A stretch of 64,000 nt of DNA. Origin: Eledone cirrhosa. Lineage: Eukaryota. Under the pieces are notes generated by a model that ran no database searches, had not been told where the DNA came from, and was given only the letters and a program-made list of their open reading frames with translations. This document shows, piece after piece, positions 25,498 to 39,841 of this stretch (within the stretch, counting starts at the first letter, position 1; the number at the start of each line of letters is the position of its first letter). The position numbers and the translations under genes are program-made. The stretch lies in NCBI GenBank assembly GCA_964016885.1, contig OZ024743.1, positions 147,250,001 to 147,314,000 on the forward strand, read 5' to 3'.

Positions 25498-25915
25498 CAG
25501 TTTCAGTAATCGGTCACCAGAAGTAAAGAGGTAGGTGTCAAAGCCAAACTCACTATCTTCAACTTAGTATTCTGCCACCCATTACCTATGGTCAAGAATC
25601 TTGAGTAATGACCGAAAGAATACAATCACAAATACAAGCGGCCGAAATAGGGTTTCTCCGTAGGGTCTTTGGAGTAGCGTAAACTCGAGAGCGTGCGTGG
25701 CTCGGAGATCAGTGAGTCGCTGGAGGTCGGACTGCTATTTCTCTGAACTAAGAGATCACAGCTCCGAGATTACGGACATACGGTTAGAATGTATCATGAA
25801 AGAATCGTTGGACAGAGTTTACGAGCTAAACGGATCGGCAGAAAACCTAGGGATATACCCCGAGTATGACGGTCGGATAACATCCATGAGCTCGGCTGAT
25901 CTAGCTTCGGGAACC
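25498..25915 (+). pseudogene. RTE-clade LINE 3' ORF remnant
   Basis: KAKL...TYGQES*VMTERIQSQIQAAEIGFLRRVFG...RSQLRDYGHTVRM...GRKPRDIPR, with stops and frameshifts. Confidence 0.85.
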
Positions 25916-27983
25916 ATTTGAAATAGGAAAGAGAGTGACAGGAAAATAAAAGTAAAATGGATAAAAGTAGAAAAAATGGTTTATTTAACATGTGAATTGG
26001 ATATGCTATTAAGAAAACAGGTTATCCATTATTCAAAATATACCTACTGATATATGTGTTTATGTCTAAGGCTAATTATACGAGATATATATTCACACTC
26101 ACAAAAAGAAATCGTTGTAAACTTTATGGTAACTCACAGTGCATCCAATTTCTGGGAGAAATGTGCAGAGCTTTCTATTCTATTCGTCAAATCTACTATA
26201 TAAGTCCCGTTCTGTTTGTGTGTGTAAAGTATTATAACTTGCGTATTGTTCTCCTGATCTCGCTAAAATTTTACACATTGCCAAAGGAGGATGCGAGACG
26301 TGTCAATAACAACTATTTATTGCATAATTGTTTCTTTCAAAGTGATAATCACCATTTTGCTAATCCTTGTGTGACTTTGCGTTAAAACAGCTCCATTAGA
26401 ATTGCCGTAAGCGGGAACGCGGTTGAGAAAGAGAAGGAAGTAGAAAGTGCAGAGTAGAAGAGAGAGAGGGACAGAAAAAGAAAAAGAGGGAATGTCTATA
26501 GGAGGGAAACAGCGACAGAAAGAAAGAGACAAAGAAAAAAGGGGAAGAGAGAGAGATAGTGAAGGGACTGGCAAAAAGAGAGAGAAAGAAGAGGCTGTGT
26601 GAGAGGGGAAAGAAAGTGAGAGTGAGACAGTAAGTAACCACATGTTGTGAGAAGAGAAGCAGACGACAATATGAAATATTAAACACGATGTTAGAAAAAT
26701 ATTTTTGTAAATATGACAATATTTTATATATACATACATGCATTGATAAATCTACATATACAATTGCATGTGTATAGTAAAAAATATATGTGTATGTACG
26801 CATATGAAAACACGTATACATAAATGAAGGTAGAAGTAAAATACGTATATAGTAGTTGATAGACGACTATATACGCACATATAAATAAGAATATATACAT
26901 ACATTAAAATATAAAAATGAAATGGTAAAGTAATATAATAAAAATTAAAGATAAAAATAAATTTAAAAATAAAAATAAAAAACCTTATGAAAAAAATATA
27001 TTAATAAAAATGAAATAAAAACAAGCATGCACACTTACCGAATAAAGACAAAAAACATAAACAAAAGGCGAAGAAACAAAAAGACTAAAACTAAAACACA
27101 AAAAACACACTCATAGAAAAGCATAACAAGTTAGGGCTAAACACACACAGTACACACACATACATACATATATGGCGACGTACACAAATATACATATACA
27201 CAAATACAGATATGAACATTTGAAAGATGAGCAAGGGTAATTGGTGATATAGTGAGACACAATGTCAGACAAGGTATGGATACATATATAATAATAAAAA
27301 TAAAGAATAAAAATATATATGAAAAATGAAAAAATTAAAATACAGTAAAAATAGTCAGGAGGTGTTATAAAGTAAAACAATAAAGGTAAAAATTAATATA
27401 TAAATGTATATTTATATCTGTACGTATACGTGTGTGTGTTTTTACTCATAACTCCGATAAACGGGGTACATTGAGAAAGAGAAGGAAGTAGAAAGTACAG
27501 AGTAGAAGAGAGAGAGGGACAGAAAAATAAAGAGAGAGAATGTCTATAGGAGGGAAACAGCGACAGAAAGAGAGAGACAAAAAAGGAACCGGAGGGGAGG
27601 GAGAGAGAGATAGAGAGAAAGCTGTGTGAGAGACGGTACTGGCAAAAAGAGAGAGAAAGAAGAGGCTGTGTGAGAGGCGAAAGAAAGAGAGAGAATGTCT
27701 ATAGGAGGGAAACAGCGACAGAAAGAGAGACAAAAAAGGAAGCGGAAGGGAGAGAGAGAGAGAAGGCTGTGTGAGAGAAGGGACTGGCAAAAAGAGAGAG
27801 AAAGAAGCGGCTGTATGAGAGGGGAAAGAAAGAGAGAGTGAGACAGTAAGTAACCACATGTTGTGAGAAGAGAAGCAGACGACAATATAAAATAAGAAAC
27901 ACGATATTAGAAAAATATTTTGGTAAATATGACAATATTTTATATATGCATGCATGCATTGATAAATTCATACACATGTTTAC

Positions 27984-28070
<87 letters not shown>

Positions 28071-28676
28071 CATGCATAGATAAATACATACATATGTTTA
28101 CAGGTATATTTATATATATATATATATATCGCCATTTTTCTAATCCTTATGGGACTTTGCATTCAAAATCTTCATTTGAAGTCCTATAAACAGCAACCAG
28201 GTAAATTTCTTTGATTTGAATTTTTTCAGATTTATTCAATTACAGATTTTGGATGAGATCGTGTCCCGTTCTGTCTGTGTGTGTAAAGTATTATAACTTG
28301 CGTATTATTCACCCGATCTCTTAAAATTTTACACATTGCTAAAGGAGGATCTGAGATGTTTTTATAAAAGAAACATAACCACTTTAGATGACGCTCTATA
28401 TTGTGTATTACAAGACTTATTTATTAATTAGCACTGATGAACTGTATTACTTCTAGAACCTACAAGGTAGACAAGTATTGTACTCAGTAATTTGATTGCT
28501 GATGTCACGGAATATAGTTGCTGTGACAATTCCTTAACGACATATACATAACATTTACAGCATTGTGTTACACAATTTCTTCTCGGTGATCAGTCAGTTT
28601 GTAATGATATTTTCTTTATAGCTCATTGAACATTTGCAGTAGGTTCTGTAGTATATCAGTCTCTCGTTGACAGTTA

Positions 28677-31600
28677 ATGATTTGTTTCAGATTTATTCAA
28701 TTACAGATTTTCCATAGAATGCACGGAAAAAGCAAGAGTCACATTGGAAGAAAAACAAGAAATGCTTTTGCTTTGTGTTCTTTGCGCGCAAGCAAGACAG
28801 AAGAACAATGTATGCTACGGCGTGCTCGCAATGCTGCTTCTACTTCGATCGCCAGATCATTACAGACAACTGAACAAGCAGAACTCCGACTCGCTCGCAA
28901 TGCTACTTCTACTTCGATCGCCAGAGTATTACAGACTGCTGAACAAGCAGAACTCCGGCTTGCTTGCGATGCTGCTTCTACTTCAAATAGCCGTGCTTTA
29001 GAGACTGTTGACCAAAGGGCAACAAGGCTTGCGGCTGATTCTCAACGGAAAATGCGTTCTCATGTCTTCCCGAGGGTTTCTTCCTGTTACTGGTCTAAGA
29101 AGGCTTTTCATTACAGCCTCCAAGAGGACTACGCATCCCACCCACATATCATCTTTGGTAGCATGTCAACTGTTTGCGTCCATTGTAACGCAATGAGGTG
29201 GCCAGCAGAATCTACCGGTATATGCTGCTCCAATGGAACGGTTAGATTGCCCCATTTAAAAGTCGGTGCAGAACCTTTGAATTCTCTGCTGCTTGGAGAC
29301 CATCCTGATTCTAAACACTTTCTTAGAAATATAAGAGCCTACAATTCGGCTTTCCAAATGAAAGCTTTGGTCATGCACCAATAAAACATGAAAATTATAT
29401 GCCACATTCAAAGTGCAAGGCCAAATTTACCATCAAATTGGCTCCCTTATTCCACAAGATGGCGAGGAACACAGTTTTCTCCAGTTTTACTTTATGGGGA
29501 ACGGACCTGAAGAAACTGCACGAAGAGCTTCAGTTGCTAAAGGAACAATACCTTTCCGTCTGCAGCCCCTTCAATATATGCTTCATACCATAAACCCCTA
29601 CGTCACCATTTTCAAAACTGCATTTCAGCGTAGAGATGCTAACACCAATCAATTCAAGGTTGTCATTCGAGGTGACCACGCTCCACCAGGGCAGCCTCAG
29701 GGTTGCTTTAACAGACCCCAAACCGATGAAGTTGCGGTGCTTATAACAAGTCCTAATGAGAGTGCTTCAAACCGTGATATTGTTCTTGAATGGCAGGACT
29801 CGCGTCTTAAAAAAATAAATGAACTTCATCCTGCATATGATGCCCTCCAATATCCATTACTGTTCCCCTTTGGAGTGTTTCACCTAAAGCTTATGAAAAT
29901 GATGGATGTTATAAAATACGGACAACTTTTTGTACCAGTAAGGTGTTTCATGTACACCGTAGAATGGCAGAAGAAAGGACTCCCACATGCCCATATTCTC
30001 CTTTGGCTTTAAAAAAACCTCATGTCAACTGATGTTGATTCCGTTATAAGTGCTGAATTGCCAAATCCCCAAGAAGACCCTGTCCTTTTTCAAATTATAA
30101 AAGCCACATGGATTGTGTGGCCAACTAAATCCAAAATCTGCATGTATGGATAATGGGAAATGTACAAAGCGTTACCCACGTATCCATGAAACCAAAACTG
30201 GTGATGATGGCTACCCTTTATACCGTCGCAGGGCACCGCAGGATGGTGGACCTACGGCAACTATAACAATGGTTGGTGGTCAAGATTACAATATCTACAA
30301 CTGATGGGTTGTACCACATAACAAGGTGCTTTGTAAAATATTTTCAGCCCACATTAATGTTGAATTCTGCAACTCCGTAAAATCATCTGCAAGTATGTTC
30401 ATAAGGGAGCCGATCGAGCAGTTATTGAGTTGGCTAAGACCGATAATCCTGATGCCTCCACAGATGAAGTCACGTTTTTCCAAATCTCGTTTTTCTACAT
30501 CTCTTCTAACGAGGCATTTTGGCGCATATTCGGTTTTCCGATCCGTGAACCTGCAGTTATTCACCTCAGCTTTCATTTGGAGAATGATCAACGGGTGTAT
30601 TTTAACCAAGAAAATATGCTTGACTGTCCTATGTTCAAGAAAGAGAAACACTTTTGAATCTTGAACAAGCTGATGTCTATACTTTTGTTTTGACCATGAT
30701 TGAAGACACCAACGGTGGCATCCACTTCCTTGATGCGCCAGGTGGCACAGGAAAGACATTTCTCCTCAACCTCCTTTTTGCCAAAGTTCGCCAACGTGGA
30801 CAAATTGCCATTGCAATGGCGTCTTCAGGAATAGCAGCAACACTGCTAGACGGCGGCAAAACAGTCCATTCAACATTTAAGCTTCCCCTTAACATCGGTC
30901 ATGTTGAAAATCCGACCACCAACATAAAGAAGAATTCTGATGAGGCTGCTGTCTTTCAAAAATGCAAATTGATTGTCTAGGACGAGGCAACAATGTCCCA
31001 CAAGAATGCACTTGATGCAATCAATACAACGCTACAAGTCCTGCGCTCCAACTCTAAACCGTTTGGTGGCGTCGTTCAACTTCTTGCTGGGGATTTTCGT
31101 CAAACACTTCCCATTGTCCCAAAAGGCCAACCAGTTGATGAAATAGATGCTTGCATTAAACATTCTCATCTTTGGCGCTTCGTCCAGTCGAGAAAGTTAA
31201 CCATCAACATGCGATCGATTCTCCACCAACAAGACGGTGAACATTACTTTGCTTCAAAGTTATTGGATGTTGGTAATGAGAACTTACCAATCGACGTAAA
31301 CGGTTTGGTTGACATAAGTACCATCGGTAACTACGTCTCCAGCCCTGAGGACATTTGCACAAGAGTTTATCCCGACCGCTCAACAAATTATGTCATTCAT
31401 CAATGGATGTGCGAAAGGGCCATCTTAACTCCTACAAATGCCACCGTCCAAGCTCTTAACACATGTCTGCTTCGTCAACTTCCTTCCCAAGAACGATGTT
31501 ATGCTTCGATTGATTCGATTACGGATCCGACGCAAGTAACGTTTTATCGAACAAAGTTTTTAAACTCACAAGAGCCATCGGGAATGCCACCGCATAAACT

Positions 31601-32015
31601 CTGCCTAAGACTTGGAAGTCCCATCATACTCTTGAGAAACTTGGAATCTCCTCGGCTTTGCAATGGCACACGCTTGGTTATAACGCAAATGTTGGATGAC
31701 GTTCTCGAGGCTACAATCATTATGGGAAAAGGCGCTGGTGACTCTGTTTTTACTTCCCGAGTTCCACTTATTCCAACTGACTGTTTCTTTCCGATGAAAA
31801 GAGTCCAATTCCCCATTAGATTAAGTTTTGCAATGACCATTAACAAAGCCCAGGGGCAGTCACTAAAAGTGGTTGGGCTGGACCTCAGTACTCCATGCTT
31901 TTTACACGGACAACTGTATGTGGGATGTTCAAGAGTTGGAAACTCGGGCAATCTCTTTTACTACGCTCCCGGAAGATTGACAAAAAATGTGGTTTACAAG
32001 GCAGCCCTTCAATAG
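28677..32015 (+). pseudogene. Helitron Rep/PIF1-helicase (RepHel), fragmented by stops, frameshifts and internal deletions
   Basis: 23-aa repeats, CxHCxA..CCSNG zinc motif, NIRAYNSAF, QGQIYHQIGSL, YDALQYPLLFP, EWQKKGLPHAH (HUH), CKYVHKG, DAPGGTGKT, GDFRQTLP, QFPIRLSFAMTINKAQGQS, HGQLYVGCSRV. Confidence 0.96.
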
Positions 32016-32059
32016 TTTTTCCGTGGAGTTGAAAGCCCCTTCAGGTTGGTCCTTATTGC

Positions 32060-32186
32060 GTTTGAATTTGTGTGTGTTGAGAAAAACAAAGTTATTGCAG
32101 TCTTTTCCATTACATATGTTGAATTATATTTTAGTTAATGTTTATATTGAATAACTTTGTTTTTCTCAACACACACAAATTCAAAC
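32060..32186. repeat. Perfect 37-bp inverted repeat with 53-nt loop
   Basis: gtttgaatttgtgtgtgttgagaaaaacaaagttatt (32060-32096) / aataactttgtttttctcaacacacacaaattcaaac (32150-32186). Confidence 0.93.
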
Positions 32187-32600
32187 ACTATCAACATACT
32201 ACATCCACCATAGATTTTAATACATTAACATATTTGCTTAAAATACAGTATTTATTTATCTATATATGCATAATAACTTTGCTTATTTTCTTCTCATATA
32301 TATGACTAACGCATGTGCACTGTCTACACGCCTACATATGTATTTCTAATGTACTTTTTCTTTCTCAAAGCTCCTTTCTCAATGCTTCTTTAATTATTAG
32401 ACTATTCTCTTGTATTATCTGTTGCATGTATTCCACTCTGTGCTTTTAATTTTAATTTTAATTATTGTACAATTTTCGTAAAATATATGTCGCACCCATT
32501 CCACTCTGTAAATACGAAACTGTTGCTCACAACATCAATATATATGTATCTATATTATTGTTCAGTTGAATAGGAGGTTAATTACATGTACAAACATTGA

Positions 32601-32654
32601 TAATGCTTCGAAGACTCCAAACGAGAGTTTGGAAGAAACGGTTGTCAGCTATTA
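32601..32654 (+). ncRNA. Diverged family C hammerhead
   Basis: gct-TCGAAGA-ctccaaac gaga gtttggaa-GAAAC-ggtt-GTC-agc; flanks resemble 12700-12850; ends at (TA)n. Confidence 0.55.
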
Positions 32655-32686
32655 ACTGATTTGAACACAACTTTGATAATTGTTTA

Positions 32687-32741
<55 letters not shown>

Positions 32742-33872
32742 TACATACAAACATACATACATATATATATGTGTGTGTATGTGTATATATATATGTATTT
32801 ATATATATATATATGTGTGTGTGTATGTGTGTGTGTCAGTGTCTGTGCATGTATAACCAAACGCAAGAGACTCTGTGATTTGTTTCTCGAACTATTAGAA
32901 ATATATATAGTTTTTAATCTTGTCCTATATTCGCACTCCTGCATCTAACTCACACTCGTTGCTTTAATGCAACATCGCACTTCCTATACATTTATCATGT
33001 AATCTGTCTTTCATTTTCTGTTGTCAGCTAAGTTAATAGCTACTGCTTTTGCTCTCTATATTTGCAGAGTACATCCACCGCTATTTCGTCTACGCAACAG
33101 AAATTACCAACTTCATTTATACAGGCTTTCAGGCATTTGATAGAATGTTTCTTGGGTGCAATTATACTCCTTACTAATCTTCTATGTTTATTACATCAGA
33201 GTTCTTCCATCTATGATAGCCTGCTTGTGACCAAATAACTTCTTTTAAAATTTAGATTGGGTTATCTGTATGGAATTCCTGCCTGCATTTCTCTATATAC
33301 TGAGTCATATTAACAAAAACTGTTGGACTTTGTAAGATTGTTTCGGGTCCGTTTGATTCTATTGAGTTTCAAATTTAAAGTAAGTCTTAATGTTTTGTAT
33401 GTCTATACTTTATAATTCTGTATTATTTTAATTGTGATCCTATATCTATATATCTATGTACGTAAATGTGTACATGCGTATATCTTTTCATACATTAATA
33501 CACACGCACATATATATGTGTTGATATATACACACACTAGTACTATTACACACTTTTCTTCTATCTCTTGGCCTTGCGAAATGTGTATGTGCGTATATTT
33601 GTGAATAGTACGAAATATAAAATCAAACTGACAGGGAAAGAAAATATTTTTGGAAAAACTCAATATCAAAATTCGTGAAATAAATTATTTTTGAAGTAAA
33701 AATTGTTGAAAAATAGCAGCAGTAATAATTTTGTCTTTAAATATCAGATGATCTTTTAAAAAATAAGAATTTCTTTACTTTAGATACATTTTCATTTAAA
33801 ACAAATCTTACACACACACACACACACACATATATATTTATATATTTATACATATGTATATGTATATATTTA

Positions 33873-33941
<69 letters not shown>

Positions 33942-33944
<3 letters not shown>

Positions 33945-34117
33945 CGAAGGAAATATGGTAAGGAACCAGATAGACCATAACGCACCAAAGTACTCAATAC
34001 TTAGGGTAGTAGAGTGGGTAATAGGAACAAGTATGACCGCGACGGCTAAACATTCTTATTTAGTCCAGAATTAGCCGTCGAAACGGCTTGAGCTCTGCCG
34101 TCGGGGTCATACTTGTT

Positions 34118-34120
<3 letters not shown>
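33942..34120. mobile_element. Family B fragment: antisense tail joined to sense HHR 3' half, inside (TA)n
   Basis: gaattagccgtc-GAAACggcttgagctctgcc-GTC-ggggt; inverted ataggaacaagtatgacc/ggtcatacttgttcctat. Confidence 0.82.
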
Positions 34121-34187
<67 letters not shown>

Positions 34188-35541
34188 GGTTTCTTTATTA
34201 TTATATACTTCCACTTTATATTCTGATGATTCTTCGAAATGCAAAGTGTCCGAATATTCCTATTTACTTTCCTAAATGATAGTTATTGAGGCATATTCCT
34301 TTGGAATGTAACTGTATGATGAGTTTAGGAATGTTGAAAGGCAGTGTAAGTGACGTGGAAAAGCCTTACCATTGAAGGACTCTCCTGCCATAGGTGGCTT
34401 ACTCAGAAGAGGACGAACAACGGCTATGATCTCTTTACAGAGCCTCACTGAGTAGGGAGAGTGTGAAGAAGAAATCATAATTCACGGGTAATTTTCAGGC
34501 GGTACACATCGTTCAAATGATTGTAAAGGGGTGATGCTAAACTAGGCAAAGGTTTAAACCCTTCACTTCATCATCCAAGAAGCAGTATCGGTCATCTGAA
34601 GAAGTTCAGGACAGTTTCCATCTACCAAATTTTACTCAAAAGGTTTGCTGTGAAAACGATAAGATTGCGAAAAAAATTTTTTAATAACACGGCCATGGTT
34701 TCGTTGTTCTGCAGCGCCTACAAAACATTTTGAAGTTCTTTGTCGATGCAAAAGCGAATCTGAAAGTGTGAAAGCTAAAGTCTGCAATGTTATATGTGAT
34801 ATAGATTTATATGTTGTGTTCCTATATGGGACTGGCTGGATTAGCTGAATATCACCTAAATGTGCCAAATGATTTGTCCACTATATATGCTAAGATGAGT
34901 TCTGGCGTGTACATATATTTATGTACGTGATGATACATAATGAAATCATAAAGTTGTTTGAAAGTTATGCAAATCTCATTAAGAATTATATTATTTCTTC
35001 AAAGATATTTATTTTTATTTTTCACAAAACTAAAAGTTTCTTCTCTCTATTTAATAATATATCGAATAATATAGTTTTATATCGAATAATAATAATACTA
35101 TTCGATTCGTTTGCAAGCACACAGCCTCATTATGTATGTTTTTTTAGATGATCTCCGTCATTTGTTTGTTCTAGCAGTGCCATAGAAAGACAATCTACAA
35201 CGTTGGTTCAAGGTTGGGTATCTCTTTCTGCCATTCGCAAGAACTTTTGAAAATATATATGTGCTAAAGTTTAGCACCTAAACTATACATTGGTTGGTTA
35301 GCCTTATTTGCATACCGAGCGATTTTACGGCTGGATTTGCTGAAAATTGAAAACAAAATGATAGTTTGATTCCTCGCTCTCACATAGCTGGTTACATAAA
35401 TGCAGAAATAATCTTGACAAATGGCAACAATATTGTTTCTCTATGCCGCTGCAAAAACAAACGGATGACATCTAAAAAACATAGCGTAATAACGCTGTTC
35501 TTTTGCAAACAACTCGAATATTATTATTATTATTCAGTATG

Positions 35542-36152
35542 AGGGCGGTGGATTGGCAGTATCGGTAGAGGGTCGGACGCCATGCTTTGCAGCATAGAGT
35601 TACGGCCATTTATGATCACAGTTCAAATCCCGCGGAGGTTAATTTGCCTTTCATCCTTACGGGGTTGGTAAAATAAAGTACCAGTAACGCATTGGAGTCG
35701 ATTTATTCGACTTTCCCCTCCCCCAAATTGCTGGCCTTGTGCCTATATAAGAAACCATGGCAGTATCGGTAGAGGGTCGGACGTTATGCTTTGACGCATA
35801 GAGTTACGGCCCTTTCTATTCTGAGTTCAAATCCCGCCGAGGTCATTTATAAAATAAGATCATTTATAAAATAACAATTATATAATCTAATTACATTACA
35901 ACGATAATTTATTATTAATATATATCCTGTTTAACTAGAGTTATTACAAGCTTTAACTAGAGTTACTACAAGGGCGGTGAATTGGCAGTATCGGTAGAGG
36001 GTCGGACACCATGCTTTGACGCATAGTGTTACGGCCCTTGCCATTCTGATTTCAAGTCCCGCCGAGGTTAACTTTGCCTTTCATCCTTACGGGGTCGATA
36101 AAATAAAGTACTGTGTAATTGCTGGCCTTTTGCCAAAAGTAGAAGCAATTAT
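35542..36152 (+). mobile_element. Three sense SINE copies (35542-35758, 35758-35844 partial, 35972-36152)
   Basis: SINE consensus; attattcagtat at 35529-35540 and 36151-36162. Confidence 0.9.
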
Positions 36153-36306
36153 TATTCAGTATAAAACTCATAAATACACACACACACGTACATATATATA
36201 TATATATAACTACAGGCATACACAAATGATTTGTTACATTACTATTACTATTTATCATCATCACCAACATAGTCAACAGCCGCATTATCGTCATAATCAT
36301 AAATAG

Positions 36307-36787
36307 TTGTTTCTACTTTTGGCACAAGGCCAGAAATTACCCCAGTGCATTACTGGTACTTTATTTTAAAGACCCCGTAAGGATGGCTTCTAGTATACGC
36401 ACAAGGCCAGCAATTTGGTGGGGGAGGGTGAAAGTCGATTAAATCGACGCCAGTACGTTACTGGTACTTTATTTTATCGACCCCATAAGGATGAAAGGTA
36501 AAGTTAACCTCGGCAGGATTTGAAATCAGACAGTAAAGGGCCGTAACTCTATGCTACAAAGCATGGTGTCCGACCTTCTACCGATACTGCGAATCCATAA
36601 TCATAAATAATGATTTCTACTTTTTTGGCAGAAGGCCAGCAATTACTCCAGTGCATTACTGGTACTTTATTTTATCGACGATGAATGGCAAAGTTAACCT
36701 CGGCGGGATTTGAAATCAGACCGTAAAGGGCCGTAACTCTATGTTGCAAAGCATGGCGTCTGACTTTGTTCCGATGCTGCCAATCCA
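36307..36787 (-). mobile_element. Three antisense SINE copies (36307-36385 partial, 36387-36596, 36611-36787)
   Basis: Reverse complement of the SINE consensus; cataatcataaata at 36292-36305 and 36596-36609. Confidence 0.9.
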
Positions 36788-37119
36788 GAAATAATTTTTC
36801 AGTTTTGTTTTAAAGTATTTATAACATTCACCAAGGTAATATTCAAATAAGTTCAGATGAGAATATTCTTCTTCTTCTTCTTATTCAACAACAACAACAA
36901 CCACTACTATTTCTTCTCTTGTGGTTATTGTTGTTGTTGTTGGATGGCTGTGGGGGTGCGAATAAATATATTCATATTTACAGAAAGAAAAAACATAGCT
37001 TTTTAAATGAATGCAAGTAGATATTTCCCTTTCTACATTGTGTAGTTCACCTATATATGTACCTTTATATCAGTAAACAAGCATATGCACAAACATACAC
37101 GCACGCACACACACCCACA

Positions 37120-38191
<1,072 letters not shown>

Positions 38192-38532
38192 GAGCGCGCG
38201 GGCGTGTGTATATAAGTATAACCATAAGTAAAAAAATGAAATGTTTCACAAGATTTCACGCAGATCAACAATATATCCTGCAATGTTATATTAACATCTA
38301 TTTATAACAGATGTCAGAAAAAACTGCTCCTTTGACAGTTTAAGGAGTTAAGCGCCTTAAATGGGTTATATATGCTTAGAAGTGTGTAGCGCCAAATTAT
38401 AAATCACGAACGTATACATATAAACACAGAAATACCTAGAAGTAGACCGACTTGTGAGAATGTATGTATTTGTTTGATGGTTGAATGACATAGAAAATTA
38501 AATAGTTTCCTCTCTAAAAATATATGCGTATG

Positions 38533-38593
<61 letters not shown>

Positions 38594-38642
38594 TAATAAA
38601 ATAATGAATAAACAAAGAAACAGTTCCTTATATTAAACAAAT

Positions 38643-38784
38643 TCATCATTTTACGATCGTTTCTAGGATATATATGTGTTAGAGTTGGTATGCATATTCT
38701 ATAGATCTATGTACAATATTTATACAAACTATCAGAGGGAATATACATACCTACACATATATATGCTGTCTTCAGAAATAATGA
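38643..38784 (-). ncRNA. Third, diverged family A long-stem-II hammerhead
   Basis: Minus strand: tcattattt-CTGAAGA-...-GAAAC-gatc-GTA-aaatgatga; 38590-38840 aligns with 290-560. Confidence 0.75.
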
Positions 38785-38932
38785 TATTTGTTTATTGAAA
38801 AAAACAATAGGTTTGTTTGGGAACAGGTTTTGAATTGACCAATATCGAGATAGTGAGGGTCAGGATAGTAATATAGTAGTAGAAGAACTTTAAATTATGG
38901 GTAGAGGAAGGTAGATTTCAGTTTATATATAT

Positions 38933-39122
38933 ATAAACGGAAAAAATGAAACGAAATTTCATTTCCCACTCTTAGTACGGAGGTTACTTAAATATAAGTA
39001 TGTACACGTACATACATATATGAATACAGACGTACAGTAGTATGTATATATATATACATACATGCACCCATATATATATGTACGTATGGATTCACCGAAC
39101 ACTTATTATAATGCTCGGTGTG
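38933..39122. repeat. Dispersed (TA)n-embedded repeat, also at 57833-58087 where it is partly inverted
   Basis: 38999-39122 matches 57833-57956 directly; 38935-39020 matches 57995-58086 in reverse complement. Confidence 0.8.
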
Positions 39123-39168
39123 TATATATTTATATATATATCTATGTATACACACACATATATATATC

Positions 39169-39210
<42 letters not shown>

Positions 39211-39217
<7 letters not shown>

Positions 39218-39296
39218 TGGTGTAAATGGTAGCACAGTGGTCCGGATAACCAAAGATGTGGGTTCGACTCCCATGTACGTCAATACTCATCTTTTT
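39211..39296 (+). other. tRNA-like Pol III unit (pseudo-tRNA or head of a second SINE family)
   Basis: D arm gtgt aaatggta gcac, anticodon arm tggt ccggata acca, T arm gtggg ttcgact cccat, weak acceptor stem, T5 at 39292-39296. Confidence 0.6.
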
Positions 39297-39389
39297 CCAT
39301 TTCTCCGAGGGTTCTTAACCCCACTATCAGGCTAAATAATTTCTTTAATTTCTTTAGTCAAAATACGGCGATAGCTAACATTTCTAATA

Positions 39390-39476
<87 letters not shown>

Positions 39477-39478
39477 TG

Positions 39479-39513
<35 letters not shown>

Positions 39514-39794
39514 TTGTGTATACATAGATATAGATATATAAATATATGTATATGTATATATATATATATGTATACATTTATATATGTAAATATATTTATA
39601 TACATATATAGACACACACACATATCTCTCTCTCTCTCTCTCCCTACTCTCTCTCTCACTCTCTCGCTCTCTCTCTGTATCTATGTGTGCTTATGTAAAC
39701 GCTCTCAATTCCTGTCGCTCCCCATCTCACATACATAGACACACACACACACATATATATATATAACATTTATATAAAATATACATATACATAT

Positions 39795-39841
<47 letters not shown>

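Larger units (their letters stand above)
26192..32190 (+). mobile_element. Helitron (probable 5' end a|TCtactatataag at 26192; 3' CTRR end not found)
   Basis: TC start after A; 5' block repeated at 28263-28360; AG-rich block 26423-26750 repeated at 27471-27965; RepHel pseudogene downstream. Boundaries uncertain. Confidence 0.55.

Noticed and set aside
24631-25509. WCNCWS-repeat Cys/Trp-rich ORFs
   Set aside because: Frame is interrupted by several stops within the minisatellite; starts are TTG variants
28427-28503. attagca-CTGATGA-actg...cagt-...-tgctgat hammerhead-like fold
   Set aside because: Stems I and II are plausible but the GAAA box is absent; at best a dead remnant
34218-34257. CTGATGA..GAAA..GTC motif
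   Set aside because: No stem II pairing (ttcttc) and stem I is out of register by two bases
39211-39282. Functional tRNA gene
   Set aside because: Acceptor stem is mostly G-U/mismatch and the anticodon loop lacks U33; kept only as tRNA-like
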